The notes under the pieces: generated by a model
The model's database searches: none
What the model was told of the DNA's origin: nothing
The model's input: only the letters and a program-made list of their open reading frames with translations
Shown: positions 23,858-38,300 of the stretch, piece after piece
How positions within the stretch are numbered: position 1 is the stretch's first letter
Layout of the letters: each line of letters begins with the position of its first letter
Program-made: the position numbers and the translations under genes
Assembly (NCBI RefSeq): GCF_036971445.1
Contig: NC_091472.1
Location: 204,600,001-204,664,000 of the forward strand
Source of the DNA: Narcine bancroftii
Lineage: Eukaryota
Direction: 5' to 3'
DNA: 64,000 nt

Positions 23858-24696
23858 CTCCATTCTCTGTGCCATGTGCTGGTGAGGGTTGATCTTGAAG
23901 GAAAGTGTAGATGAGTTACCCAGCGGGCCCAGGTTGAATGGACTAATTTTATTGGACCATTGGGATTTCTCTCTGGTCAGAGGTGGCCTTCAGTAGGCAC
24001 TGGAGGGGACAAATATCCCAGTGGGGCAATTTGCCGGAGTTGATCAGGAGATTCTGGCAGGGGTTGGGACCTAGAGTAGTAGTGTCAGATGGGAAAGCTG
24101 AAAGAAAGTTAGAGGAGACCAAGGACGGTGGCCAGGCAGGGGCAGGACAGGATGCGTGGGGAAATCTACGTTGCATCCATATTAATGCAAGAAGCCTCAA
24201 GAGAAAGTGGGTGATCGTAACATGGAGTTCGAATTGTGGTGAAACCACTATTGCATGTAAAATGACATGACTCTTCTAGTTGACCCTGTTCTCACTGGCC
24301 GGCTCTTGACTCTTTCTCTTTCTCCCCTATAAAGGCTGTCGTGTCACAAGCCTGCCCCCAGTTTGAGTCTGGGTCAGTGTGAGCCAACAGCACAAGGGAT
24401 CCTGTCCATCTCTTGTGAATAAAGGTCTTCAGTTGCCAATAACTTCAGTCTTTGTGTAATTGATCATGTGTGACGAATGTTATGGCCATTATAAAAATAC
24501 TGAGGGGGGCTGAGGGGTGGTCCAATTGAGCTACTGAAAATCATGAGGGGCATGAACAAAGTGAACAGTCACAGTTTTTTTCTGAAGGACAGAAGTTTAA
24601 GGTGCGAAGGGAGGGGCACCTATTTCACAGAGTGTAGAGGATATGTGGAACGAGGTGGTAGAGGCAGCTATTTGGGCACGTACACCGATAGGAAGG

Positions 24697-24923
24697 TGTG
24701 GTGCGCTGAGGTAGCAGTAAGCAAGCAAAAACTCAAAAGACTGTACAACAGGCTATATTGCAGTAAAAGTTTGAACGGAGTTCAAGCCTTACTGGCTCCC
24801 ATGTGACTGGCTCAGGAGTGGCCCCTCAGGTCTATATTCAGGCAGACTGATTGACAGCCGTCCAGGTGGAATCAGCCCTTCGGTGGTCTTCCTGCAGATA
24901 CAGAGGTCGCCCCTTGCACCACA
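24697..24923. mobile_element. Short solo LTR inside a CR1 3' fragment
   Basis: TGTGGTGC...GCACCACA inverted termini, with a near-TSD GAAGG/GAAAG. Confidence 0.55.
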
Positions 24924-25670
24924 GAAAGGTTCAGAGGATGAGGGTCAGAGATCGGCACTACGGGCGATTTGGACTGAAGGCCCTGCTTTCGTGCTGTGTT
25001 ACTTCATGAATGTCAAAGTCAAAGGGCAGAAAGAAGCAAAGACACAAAGTGAGAACATCTTTAGAAAACATGCTCCCGGCCATCGGTGCCGAAAGCGACC
25101 CACGTGGACGCAGCCTCCGCCGCACCTCGGCCGTGCAAACGTCGCACGCACATTGGCTGAGCTCCATTGCGCGTGACGGAATGAACCAATCACAACCACT
25201 GGATCAGATCGAAGTGCTGGACCCGCTCCAGAGAGAGTTCCGAGAAGTTAGCAAGGATTTTAAAAACTCGTCCAGGGTGGGAAAAAAGTTGATTATGAGG
25301 TAGAATGGGCCGATAGTGCAGAGACAGAAAGGCATTTCACTTCATGCCCAGAATTAAAGCGGGAAAAGCAACAAATGCAGTGTAATCCGGATTTGAGTAC
25401 GTCTTTAATATTTCCACCACCTTTTCTGCAACATTTGTATTTATGTCGTTTAATTTCTAGAAGTTGCCCAGGTTAAGTATGTGTTTGGGATTATTCTGTT
25501 CGGCGAGCCTGTAATAATTTTCACTCCATTTGAATGGGTCAGTGTGGAACTCGGAGCAACAAGGAGCAACTCGGAGCAGCCAGTGTAAGTGGCAAAGCAC
25601 ACCCCACGTTTTATCAGTAAACGGCTGCTCCGCTGCGAAAAGGAAATCCCAACGACAGGATGCTTTGCCC

Positions 25671-26065
25671 CAAGACCCGTGCTCCAGAACTGGCCGCGAC
25701 TCTCCTGATCCCCCGTCAGTACGGTGCAACACTGCTCCCTACCAGTCACCGCCAGGCATTGCAATGGTAGCCTCTGCTCCAGAACTGGCCGCGACTCTCC
25801 TGATCCCCCGTCAGTACGGTGCAACACTGCTCCCTACCAGTCACCGCCAGGCATTGCAATGGTAGCCTCTGCTCCAGAACTGGCCGCGACTCTCCTGATC
25901 CCCCCCGTCAGTACGGTGCAACACTGCTCCCTACCGGTCACCGCCAGGCATTGCAATGGTAGCCTCTGACCAAGACCCGTGCTCCAGAACTGGTCGCGAC
26001 TCTCCTGATCCCCCCATCAGTACGGTACAACACTGCTCTCTACCGGTCACCGCCGGGCGTTGCAC
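25671..26065. repeat. GC-rich tandem repeat, ~95-bp unit x4
   Basis: GCTCCAGAACTGG starts at 25681, 25776, 25871 and 25981. Confidence 0.92.
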
Positions 26066-26899
26066 CAATTGCTTCTGCCCGACTTGGTCTCCGATGTGAT
26101 ATTTCGATGAGCAAACAACGTCTCCCCGAGTCCGGCAGTGAAATGGACAGTCAACTTTTCGGGTCGAAAACTTCTTTTTCCGAAACGAAGGTATCTTCTC
26201 CTACCCATCTTCGTCTCGAGAAAGGACCCTGACCCTTTAACGTGAAGTGTCTGTCTGCGGAGTCTCACCAGCTTCGCTTTGTCAAGGTTCCAGCGTCTGC
26301 AATTTCTTGTGTGTCCCTGAGATTTCTATTACCCTCTCTCCCCCTGCGCGTTGTTTATACGGGTTTGTATGAACTCTCTCTTGAACAATGTATGACCATG
26401 AAATGCCATTAAAAATGTCTCTGATGACAAGACAGCGAATTAAGTTTAATCAAGACCCAGATGGTTAAAAGTTGTTCCCCATCCACCCATCCCCACCAAA
26501 ACTTGTCTAGTCAACAATTGCCACGTGTGTTTACAGACATATGGTGCATCCCATCACATGAAGGATATGTCCAAATCTGGTAGCACAGTCTAGGTTTTAA
26601 ATCAATATCAATGTCATCGTTTCAGGTTTAAAAGTTTCTGACCTCTGTAATAAATGGCAATCATTTCATACATGATCCACGGATGCCCTCCGCTGGCAGG
26701 TACCCATACTGCGGAGAGACCTGAACTTGGGGCTGTCCCAGCTGCTGGTCTCCCAACAGTTTGCATTTACTCCCCATGAATGCCAACATTTCTCCTGCAG
26801 AAACGTGAACAAGCTTCGCCGGTCATTTACTAACTGCGTGCAATTCTAGCAAAGAAAATGCTGGAGATTGTCGCATCTGCGGATCTCGTGGGGTCTCCA

Positions 26900-29370
26900 T
26901 AGGAATTGGGGGTCGTTTGTTGTTACGGGAGTTAGGGAAGAGATTGAAAAGCAGGGTGGTCATCTCAGGATTACTCCCGGTGTCACGAATTAGGGAAGGT
27001 CAGAACAGGAAGATAGCGCAGGCGAGATGGGGCAGGGAGCAGGTTTTCAAGACTGGATCATCGGGTGACGTGTACACCTGGGACAGGCTGCACCTGAACT
27101 GGGGTGGGGTGGGGGGGGGGGGAACCAATATCCTGGCAGAAAGATTTGCTAATGCTCTTGGGAGGAGGAGGGTTAAACTAGATTTGCAGGTGTGGGAATC
27201 AATGTGAAGAGGCGGTGGAAGGTAGTTAACCCAGATATAGAGACAGCTGGTGGGGAGTTTGTGTGGAAGTACAAGCAGCTTTGGTGGGTTGCAAAGCAAC
27301 AGGGATACAGAGACAACAAGACAACAAAAGTAACAAATGCAGGGCTAAAGTTCAGTATTTATATGCACACAGGATAAGAATTACAGTGCACGACTCTGTG
27401 CTAGCTACAATATCATACCGGTCAATCTATGGCTGCACTATGAGTCGTGGCTAAAGGATGGTGTCATTGGGATCTGAATGTCCAAAGATACACAGTATAT
27501 CTGAAGGACAGGCAGGTAAGCAGAGTGGGTGGCATGGCTCCGTTGATAAGTAATCAAATTAAATCATTATTAAGTGATAACATAGGATCAGAAGTTGTAG
27601 AATCACTGTGGCCCAAGTTAAGAAATGGCAAGGATACAGTGTATTTCTATACAGACCTCCAAAGAGTTGCCGGGACATGGACAACAAATTACAACAGCAA
27701 ATAGAAAAGGCATGTCTGAAGGGCAATGTTATGGGGGTCATGGGGTACTTTAACCTGCAAGTAGATTGGGAAATCCAGATTGGGATCTCAAGAGGGAGTA
27801 TTTGTGGAATGCCTGTGAGATGGCGTGCTGCTGGGCCCACCAGGCTATTCTGGATTCAGTACTGTGCAATGAACCAGAGTTGAAAAAGTAAGTGAATCCT
27901 TCAGATTCAAAATTATAAAGGGGACAGATAGAGTCAATGTGGATAGGCTTTACCCACTGAGTGTGGGGGAGATTCAGACAAGAGGGCATGGATTGAGAGT
28001 AAAGGGAGAAAAGTCTAGGGGAAACATCAGGGGGGAATTTCTTCATGCAGAGGGTGGTGGGGAAATAGAATCAACTTTCAGCAGTGGTGGTAGAATCAAG
28101 ATCGATGTTAATATTCAAGGAAAGGTTGGATAGGTATATGGACGGGAGAGGTGTGGAGGGTTATTGGCCAAATGCGGGTCAGTGGGACGAGGTGGGTGAA
28201 GATGTTCGGCATGGACTAGTAAGGTCAATTTGGCCTGTTTCTGTGCTGTAAATGTTTATATGGTAGTGATCATAATATGACTGACTTCTTCCTGCAGCTT
28301 GATATGGAGAAACTAAACTTAGAGGTCCAAAACCAGTGGAACAAAGGGGCCCACAGAGGTATGAGAGAGGAACTGGAAAACCACGTGAGCACGGAGGATG
28401 GCTGGAGTTTCTGTGAGAAATAAGGAGCGACCAGGGCATGCATATTCCAAACAATAAATATTTGAATGGAAAAATTGACAACTGTGGCCAACAAGAGTCA
28501 TCAAAGCCAAAATAAAGGGCAAACAAGGAAGCAAATGCTAATGGGAAGATAGTGGATTGGGAAGCTTTTAAAAGTGTACAGAAGGCAACTAAGAAGGATA
28601 TGAGGAAGGAAAAGATGAACTTTAAAATCAAAAAGGACACTAAAAAATTTTAATTATATTCAGAGCAAAAATTATATTGGGGGAAAATGAGATGGGACAG
28701 GAAGCGAAAGAGTATTTTGCATCAGTCGTCATGGTGGTAAAATATTAGCAGTATACTGGTCTTTCAAGAGGGTCAGGGAAGAGAGGTGAGTTCAGCTACA
28801 ATCAACAGTGAGAAGGTTCTTGGGAAGCTGAAGGGTCGAAGGGTAGATAACTCTCCCAGACCAGATGGAATGCACCCTCCAGTTCTGAAAGCTATAGAGA
28901 TTGTGGAGGCACTAGCAACGATCTTCCAAGAATCAATGGTTTCTGGCATAGATGCAGAGGACTGGAAAATTGCTACTTAAAAAGGGAGGGAGGCTGCAGA
29001 AAGGACATTGTGGTTGGGAAGTTGTTGGAGATCATGCTTAAGGATGTGGTTACAGAGGATCTGGAGGTGCGTGTCAAGAGAGGCCAAAGTCAGCATGGAT
29101 TCCTTCAGGAAAAATCTTCCCCGATAAACCAACTGCATTTTTGAGGAAACCACAAGTCAGCTTGACGAAGGATATGCAATTGATGTTGTATATTTGGACT
29201 TTCAAAAAGCCTTTGAAAATGTGTTTCACAAAATGAGAGCCCATGAAATTACAGGCATGGATAGAGCATTGGATGATTGGCAGGAAGCAATCCTATTCTG
29301 GTTGGCTACCGGTTACCAGGGGTGTTCCGCAGTGGTCGGGGTTGGGGTCGCTTCCTTTTACATTGTATGT
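26900..29370 (+). mobile_element. Degraded CR1 (ORF1 esterase end, endonuclease and RT fragments) with a nested CR1 3' piece at ~27905-28260
   Basis: RVVISGLLPV...DRLHLN (esterase), YRPP, SPRPDGMHP, DFQKAF, and TRGHGLRVKG. Confidence 0.75.
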
Positions 29371-30993
29371 CAATGTGGCATCTCTCCTCCATGAACTTCA
29401 CCAGTAATGTCTACTGCCCCAGAAATGCTGCCACTATATTAAAGGATCAGAGCTACCCCGGACAGTCTCTCTTCCCCCACCCCCCACCTTGCCCTCCTGT
29501 TGGCCAGAAGGTGCATGAACCTCCAGATACAAGGGCAGTTCCTTTCCTGCTGTTGTCAGCCTCATTGGTTACATGTTACCCCCTTGCACTGTTTTATCTA
29601 TTCCCTGCAATTTGTCCTGGTAACACTGCACCTCAGCATTTCACTCAATCCCGGCGCACGAGACAATAAACAATTCAACCCATCAATCAAGAGGGAACTG
29701 CAGACCAATGTTTTCACAAATGAAGTGACCAGAGCGGGTGTGGCCATGCAGAGGATCAGTGTTTTGAAAGAGCCCTCCACAAACAGTATTAAAAAGATGG
29801 TTTGAAAGCTCAAAAATCAGAATTTCATTGTCAAAAATGGGTAAGACTAGTTCAACACAACCAAAGCAACTGAAAACAAAAACTGAAGAAGCAACAGCTC
29901 AACCAGGAACCTGATGAAGGGCCTTTGGACTGGCTGAACCCGGAAGACCTGGGTGAGGGGGGGGTTGTGGTCTGCCCAAGATCTAGCCAACATCCCGAAT
30001 AAGGTGGAAACTTTGTGCACTCATTACAAGTGTTTAATCAGCGATAAGACATATCGGAAATTAAAGAAATCGAGGAAGATTTAATGGGACGAGTGGCGCA
30101 AGTGGAGACTGAGTCGGACAAAACAAAATGACTGGCTGAAGGCCCTAGAAGAAAAAGCAAAAACATGGGACACAAACAGAAAAGGCCGATCAACTGTATG
30201 GAAAATTTCAGCAGACATAACAGTCATTGGACTGAGAGAAGGAATTGAGGGGAAAGATCCAGTGAGCTTCTTTGAAACATGGATCCCACAAATGCCTGGG
30301 CCAAACAAGTTAAATGCAAGGCTACAAATTGAAAGGGCTCATAGGGCCCTCAGACCCAGAAGATCAGCAACCACGAACAGTCCTGGTAAGATTTTTAAGT
30401 AACTGGGAGTGGGATGCAATCTTGGGAGCTGTGTACGAATATTTAAAAAAAAAACAATGGCCCATTAGTGGTTGACGATATTTTCTCACGACTTTAGCCC
30501 TGCCTTGGTCAAACAAAGAAAAGAATTTGATGCAATAAAGAGACAACTGTGAACCAAAAACATAAAATATTCAATGATTTAACCAGCGACATTGAGGGTC
30601 GATGTCTCAGAAGATAATCGATGAATTTTCAAGAATAAAGAGGAAGTGAAAGAGTTTTTTATGAAAGTTGTGAAGAGATTTGAGGTGCTAGATAAGAAGA
30701 TCAAAAAGACTTTAGGAGCGGGACTATGTGAAGGGTACATAATTTCTCTACTTAATAAGAATGAGCTGTTTTGTTGTTACTGTTAATAGAAAAATCACGT
30801 CATATATATGGAGAGCTCTGGAAAGAAAGGAAGGTGGTGAGGAAAGTGGCAGGGTGGGGACCTCGATTCAAGAGGGAAAATGGTGTTGGGAGAGAAGTGG
30901 TTTTAAAAGATGGCACTGAGGGACATTCGGAACATTCAGCGGGCTTTCTTCATAGGCTTCTGGGCTCTATTGTCTTCATCTCCATCAGAGTTA

Positions 30994-30997
<4 letters not shown>

Positions 30998-31073
<76 letters not shown>
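30998..31073. repeat. (GT)n microsatellite
   Basis: Directly visible. Confidence 0.98.
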
Positions 31074-31075
<2 letters not shown>

Positions 31076-32304
31076 TCTTAAAGGGGAAATATTTATGTTT
31101 CTTAAAAGGGAAATGTTTCTCAAAAAGGAAATGTTACAGTATTTTAAAAATTGGAAAGATATTATTGTTATGAAATATTTGTTTGAAAATTGTATGGATA
31201 AAACAATTAATATTAGTCTTAATATTAATGGGTTAAATGGGGGAGTGGTGAAGAGTAAAAGGGTCTTGGCATAACTAAAGAAATTAAAAGCAGATATAAT
31301 CTTTTTGCAGGAAATGCATCTTACCAAATTGGAACATGATAAATTAAAAAGACAAAGGCAAGAGGGGTAGTGATTCTAATTAATAAAAATACCCCAGTAT
31401 TAATAGAAGATATAATAATTGGCCAGCCCAGAAGATATGTAATGGCACATTGTAAAATTTTTGGAGAAGCATGGATATTTATGAATATTTATGTCCCAAA
31501 TTATGATGATGAAACCTTTATGAAGACTATCTTCTTAAAAACTCCATAGGTAAGACAAAATATATTGATTGGAAGAGATTTTAATTTGACCCAATACTAA
31601 GTAAATCTGCAAGAACAGTAATGAGGGTGGAAGTGGCAAAGACCACAATCTTGTTTTTGAAGGATTTAAGCCTTATCGATATATGGAAGCAATTAAATCC
31701 CTCAGAGAGAGATAGAGATGCTGTCTTGAAGCATTAATTATTGTAATCAATTTAGTAATATTATCAGCTGAATACCTATTCTTGATAAATCCTGCTTGAT
31801 CCACATGTACTAATTTCAGTAAGAAATGAGCCAGCCTGTTTGCTAATACCTTTATTACAATCTTGTAATCCGCATTCAATAAAAATATTGGTCTATGTGA
31901 AGTTACTTTTAATGCGTCTCTATCCTTCTTTAGAATAACTGTTACTAATGCCCCTGAAAACTACTCTGGAAATAAACCTGTATCAGTTGCTTGTTTAAGT
32001 ACATCTGTATATACAGGAAGTAACCATCATAAAATTCTTTATAAAATTCCTTTGTAAATCTGTCTTCCCCAAGTGATTTTCGACTCGGCATACATTATAA
32101 TGCCTCATTAAGTTTCAAATCAGTAAATGGACCATCCAATTCCCTAATATCCTCTTCATCTAGAAAAAGTAAATTTAAATTAGCCAAAAAAGATTCAATC
32201 TGCTCCATGTCAGAAGTCCCTTCAGATGTATATAAATCTCAATAAAATGTACGAAATATCATGTGGTTTGTGAGTTATCTCTGAATTTCTCCTAATTGCA
32301 TTGA

Positions 32305-35300
32305 TTTTTTTTAAACTTTATTTATTCATTCAAAAAACAAATAGTATATGACATATACATTAACCATAAACATGAATGTTATTTTTTATATATAGAAAAA
32401 AGAAGAAAAAAAAAGAAAAGAACCCCCACTTCACCCAACTCTCCTAAGGAGAGCCATAAAGAAAAAATATTAAAGAAAAATTAAATATACATATTAAGAT
32501 CTAATCAATGTAAATTGAAATGTAAATATTCTGAATATAACCACTTATTAATAAAAAAATTATAATTATCATGCAAAACATACATAATTTTTCCCATTAT
32601 TAAACAATATCTCATCTCATTATGCCATCTATTAATATCAATCATATTTGTATCTTTCCATTTACTAGCAATACATTTTTTCGCTACAGATAAAGCTAAA
32701 TATACAAAAGCAAGCTGAAACTTAACTAATCCCAAGCCTTTCAGAGGTTGCAAACTACCCAATAAAAATACTGTTGGATCTAAAAGTATTTTAATCTTAT
32801 ACAGGTATTCTAAAAACAATTGAATTTTCTTCCAAAATGATTGTATATGTCTTCTTCTTTGGCTTGGCTTCGCGGACGAAGATTTATGGAGGGGGTAAAT
32901 GTCCACGTCAGCTGGAGGCTCGTTTGTGGCTGACAAGTCTGATGTGGGACAGGCAGACACGGTTGCAGCGGTTGCAGGGGAAAATTGGTTGGTTGGAGTT
33001 GGGTGTTGGGTTTTTCCTCCTTTGTCTTTTGTCAGTGAGGTGGGCTCTGCGGTCTTCTTCAAAGGAGGTTGCTGCCCGCCAAACTGTGAGGCACCAAGAT
33101 GCATGGTTTGAGGCGATATCAGCCCACTGGCGGTGGTCAATGTGGCAGGCACCAAGAGATTTCTTTAGGCAGTCCTTGTACCTTTTCTTTGGTGCACCTC
33201 TGTCACGGTGGCCAGTGGAGAGCTTGCCATATAACACGATCTTGGGAAGGCGATGGTCCTCCATTCTGGAGACGTGACCCACCTAGCGCAGCTGGATCTT
33301 CAGCAGCGTGGACTCGATGCTGTCGGCCTCTGCCAAACAGCATGAAAAAAAGTTCCAACTGTATTACCACATCTAAAACACAAATCTGATTCATGAAAAC
33401 CATACTTTTTAAATTTCATGTGTTAAGTATAATTGATGTAAAACATTAAAGTTAATCATTGCATAATGTGCATTTATCAATCTAGTTACACTATCATAAC
33501 AAATATCTAACCAATCATCCTCGGAAAAAATAAAACCAATATCTGCTTCCCATTTACTTTTAGATCTATCCATACCATCCTGTAATATTTGATACATAGA
33601 TGAAATATAACTCTTCTCTGGTACCTTCATAAGAAAAATCTCAAATTTAGTCATTTCAGGTAAAATCATATCTCTACCAAACATACGTTTTACCAAAGAT
33701 CAAATTTGATAATAGTGAAACAAAGAGTTCTTATCAATACCAAAACTATCCCTTATCTCATTAAAAGATAAAAATTTACCCTCTTTAAAACAATCTCACA
33801 AATTTTTCACACCTTTAAATCTCCAATGCAATAAACTTCGATTATGTATTGAAAAAGAAATAAGTTGATTATTGTACAATGGAGTCAAAGCTGATAATTT
33901 ACCCCTAGAGCCTGTCATTTTATTTTTCTTTATCCATAACTTCATTAAATGTTTTAGTATAGGCACATTATATTGTTGTAACAAATTTATATTCCATCAA
34001 AACAAAAATTGATGTATTTCAAATTCAGAAATATTTGCCATCTCAATTTTGGCCCAACTTGGAGGCCATACCAAATCCATCAATGAACTAATAAATTTAA
34101 GTTGGGCTGCTTCATAATAATTTTGAAAATGTGGTAAATGTAATCCCCCTAACTTATATTTCCAAGTTAATTTATTCAAAGCTACCCTAAAAAATTTACC
34201 TCTCCATAAAAACTCCCTAACCATTTTATTCAAATCTCAAAAAAAATATTATCAAGTAAATACGGAATAGATTGAAACAAATATTGTATACGCGGAAAAA
34301 TATTAATCTTAATAGTATTTATCCTACCCAATAAATTAATAGGTAAATCTTTCCATTTAGGGTTAGGGTTAGTCAAATCAGTTTTACATTTTTTATTAAT
34401 GGAACATAATTTAATTTATATAAAGAGTGATAATTAACATTCAAAATTATACCCAAATATTTAATTCGATCAGTCCATTTCAAATTAATAATATTCTTAT
34501 AAACTGAATAATCTCCTTCACTTACCGGTAATATTTCACTTTTTTCTCAATTAACTTTATATCCAGAAAGACATCCATATTGTATTAAACACTCCTTCAA
34601 GTGCAAAAGTGACTGAGCTGGGTTTGTTAAATACACCAATACATCATCACCAAATAAATTAATTTTATACTCCTCGTCTAAAACTTTCATACCTTGTATC
34701 TGTATATTTTGTCTTATCAGCTGTGCTAAAGGTTCAGTCACTAATGCAAACAAAGTTGGTGACAAAGGACAACCTTAACGAGTTGATTGAGTCAATTTAA
34801 AAGGTTCCGAAATCAAAGCATTCATCAATACCCTAGCTACCGGTTTACTATATAGAGCCCTAATCCAACCAATAAAGAAAGGACCAAACTTAAATTTCTC
34901 CAAAATTTTAAACAAAAAATTCTATTCGACTCTATCAAATGCTTTTTCTGCATCTAAAGCTATCACCATTGGGTGATCTGATATTTGTCAAAATCTATTA
35001 AACTAATCATGCACAAAATATTATCCGAAGCATATCTATTCTTTATAAAACCTGTTTGATCCATATGAATCAACTTAGGTAAAAATTTAGCCAACCTATT
35101 CACTAATATTTTAGCTATTATTTTATAATCTACATTTAACAATGAAATTGGTCTATATGAAGATACTTTCAAAGGATCTCTATCTTTTTTTGGGATTACT
35201 GTGATTAAAGCACTAGAACAAGACTCAGGTAATTCATAATGTTCTCCAACTTGACGTAATGCCCAAACACTGTAGATAAATCATCATAAAATATTTTATA

Positions 35301-38300
35301 AAATTCAACCAAAAATCCATCATCACCAGGTGATTTACCGTTCGGTATTTCCATCATAGCCATTTTAATTTCCGAATCAGTAAATGGTTCTTCTAACTCC
35401 TGTATATCAGCATCCTCTAATATCGGTAAATTCAACTGTGATAAAAAAAAGATCAATCGATCCAGTTTCTTGTTTTCCTTCAGATGTAAATAACTTTTTA
35501 TAAAATGAACAAAATTCATCATTAATCTCACGAGGTTTATAAGTAATAAAAGAAATCCGTCTAACAGCATTAATAGTCCTCGAAATCTGTTCTTTCTTCA
35601 ATTGCCACGCCAATACCTTATGCACTTTCTCTCCCCATTCATAATGCCATTGTTTAGTCCTATTAATCACACATTCGAACTGAAAAGATTACAAAGTATT
35701 ATATTCCAATTTCAACCTAGATAATTCTATTTTCTGATCTTCTGTAGCATCTTTCTGGAATTCCTTTTCTAACTCATCAATCTGTTTCTCTAATTCAAGA
35801 CTCTGATTTAATCGATTCTTTTTTGTCTTAGAAGTATAACTAATTATTTGTCCTCTCAAATAAGCTTTCATAGCATCCCATAATACAAACTTACTTTGAA
35901 CAGAATTAGAATTTTCTTTCAAAAAAATTAATTTGTTTTTTCAAAAAATCAATAAATTCCATATTTTTTAACAACATTGTATTAAACCTCCAACGATAGG
36001 CCACTTGGATTTTCTCAGAAGTTGCATATGTAAAATATAACAAAGAATGATCTGAAATCACCCTACTTTTATATTCCGCTTGTTGTATTTTCCCTTGTAA
36101 ATGTGCCGATACTAAAAAGAAGTCAATCCTTGAAAACGATTCATGTCAAGATGAATAAAAGGAGAAATCTTTCTCTGTCGGATTAAGACGTCTCCAAATA
36201 TCTACTAAATTAAGATCTTTCATCAATGCTTGAACCTTGAATCTTAGATTTCTTAACTTTCTTCGGAGATTTATCTAATAAAGGTTCCAAAACACGATTA
36301 AAATCACCACCAACTAAAATATTATAATTAGCCTGACCCAAACATAAAAATGCATCTGAAATAAATATTTCATCATCTACATTTGGGGCATAAATATTAA
36401 GTCCAAAATTCACTAAAAATCTTACAATTCTATTTAAGAATACATCCTGCCTTTTCCTCCATTGATTGTAATTCAAAAGATAAATTTTTATGTATCAAGA
36501 TTGCTTAACCTTTAGCCCTAGAATTAAATGAAGAAGAATATACATGCCCAACCCAGTCCCTCTTTAATTTCATACTTTCCTTCACATTCAAATGTGTTTC
36601 TTGTAAAAAAGCAATATCAATTTTCATTTTCTTAATATGCGCCAAGACTTGCTTACGCTTAATCGGACTATTTAATCCTTGAACATTAAAAGTAGCAAAC
36701 CTCAACTTCGACATATCTACTATTATTACTAAATACCAATAATATCAATGTATAAGGCCCTCCAATAGGAAAGAAAATCACAAATTAAAAGCTAACTAAA
36801 ATGAAAATAAAATAAAACAAAATAAAAAAGAAACCCCCCCCAAAAAACTAACAAAAGGTAGTAATCCCCTAAGCAAAAATTGGGTGTGGGTCACCCACCA
36901 TTGGCTGATGACTAATAAAGAACTTGGAGCAAATCTCTCCCTCCCCAGCCAAACAATCAATAACATCAAAATATCATAATAACAAAAAAAAAGTAAGAAA
37001 AAGAAAATTCTTCTTTTCATCCAAGAGATTCCAATCTCGAAGATCCCATTTCAGAAGAAGTTGGACTCTTTCCATTCCCGTTTTTTCAATTTCTGCCATT
37101 TCTTCTGTTTCCAGAACAACCAGATTTTTCTTTAGTAGACAATGGTGGACTACATCTTTGTCCTCTTATATCTGGCAATGTATCAGCAAAAATCATTGCT
37201 TCACGATCATTCTCAAAAAAACAAAATTGATAGTCTCCATAAAACACCTTCAACACTGCAGGGTAGCGAAAAGTAGACTTATAACCTTTACGCCACAAAG
37301 CTTCTTTAACTGGATTAAATCGACGTCAAATGACCTCTTGACTCAAATCAGGGTAGAAAAAACTCTGCTATTCTGAATCAATAATGGAGTTTGTCATTGT
37401 CTCACATTTTGCACTGCTAGTTGGAGTATTGCTTCTCTGTCCAAATAATTCAAACATCGAATTGTTACCGGTCTCAGTGGTTGACCAGCTGAGGGTGTTT
37501 TTCTTAGAGCTCTATGGGCTCTTTCCAGTACCAATCCTCCAGAAAAAAATTCTTGCCCTAATACTTGTGGGATCCAGTCTTTAAAGAAATGAAGAGGATC
37601 TTGTCCTTCTATACCTTCTGGCAAACCAACGATTTTCACATTATTCCTCTGCTTTGATTCTCGAAGTAGTCTATTTTCTTCTCTGGCTCCTTCTCATGTT
37701 CTCCCAATTCTATGACTGATTTTTCAACCTTCAACACTTTTTGTGTTAGAAGCCACTTGCTGTTTACAGTCCAAAAAAGCAGTCTGAAAATTTTTTAATT
37801 CTTCATAAGATGCATCCACACGTGCTTTAACTATATTCAATTCTGAACTTAACATTTGAACCATCTCATTCATTAGAGGTTGAATGACTGCATTTAATTG
37901 CATACACTGTAAGTCAGAAAAGCTCAGCCCTGCTCTCTCTGATGTAGTGACAGAACAAGGTAACTGCAGCTCCTGCTGCAACTCAACAGAAGGCATTTTA
38001 AAAGTTTTACTGCGGGTCTGGACTCCCAGTGTCAGCACTCCGACTTCCTCAGGGGGTCGCCGCTGGTCTCCCCCCGCATCTCATTGTTTTTTCTCAAAAT
38101 CGTGAAGAAAAGCGATATCTTCAGATTGAAATGCTTTCTGATGCATTTCGAACAATGGAGTTGTCTTCCTGCGTGCTCCCTCCATTGAAATCAAAAGGCT
38201 TTCCAAATCAGAATCCACTTCTTGGGAACACATACCTTTTTCCAGAGAACGGGTAATTCCAGCGCCATCCTTCACTTGGTGAGTAATAGACATTTTTTTT

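Noticed and set aside
29911-29950. CTGATGA hammerhead-like core
   Set aside because: No stem II-GAAA follows, and it lies in L1 ORF1 sequence.
30771-31327. ORFs with CVCVCV / THTHTH runs
   Set aside because: Translations of the (GT)n microsatellite.
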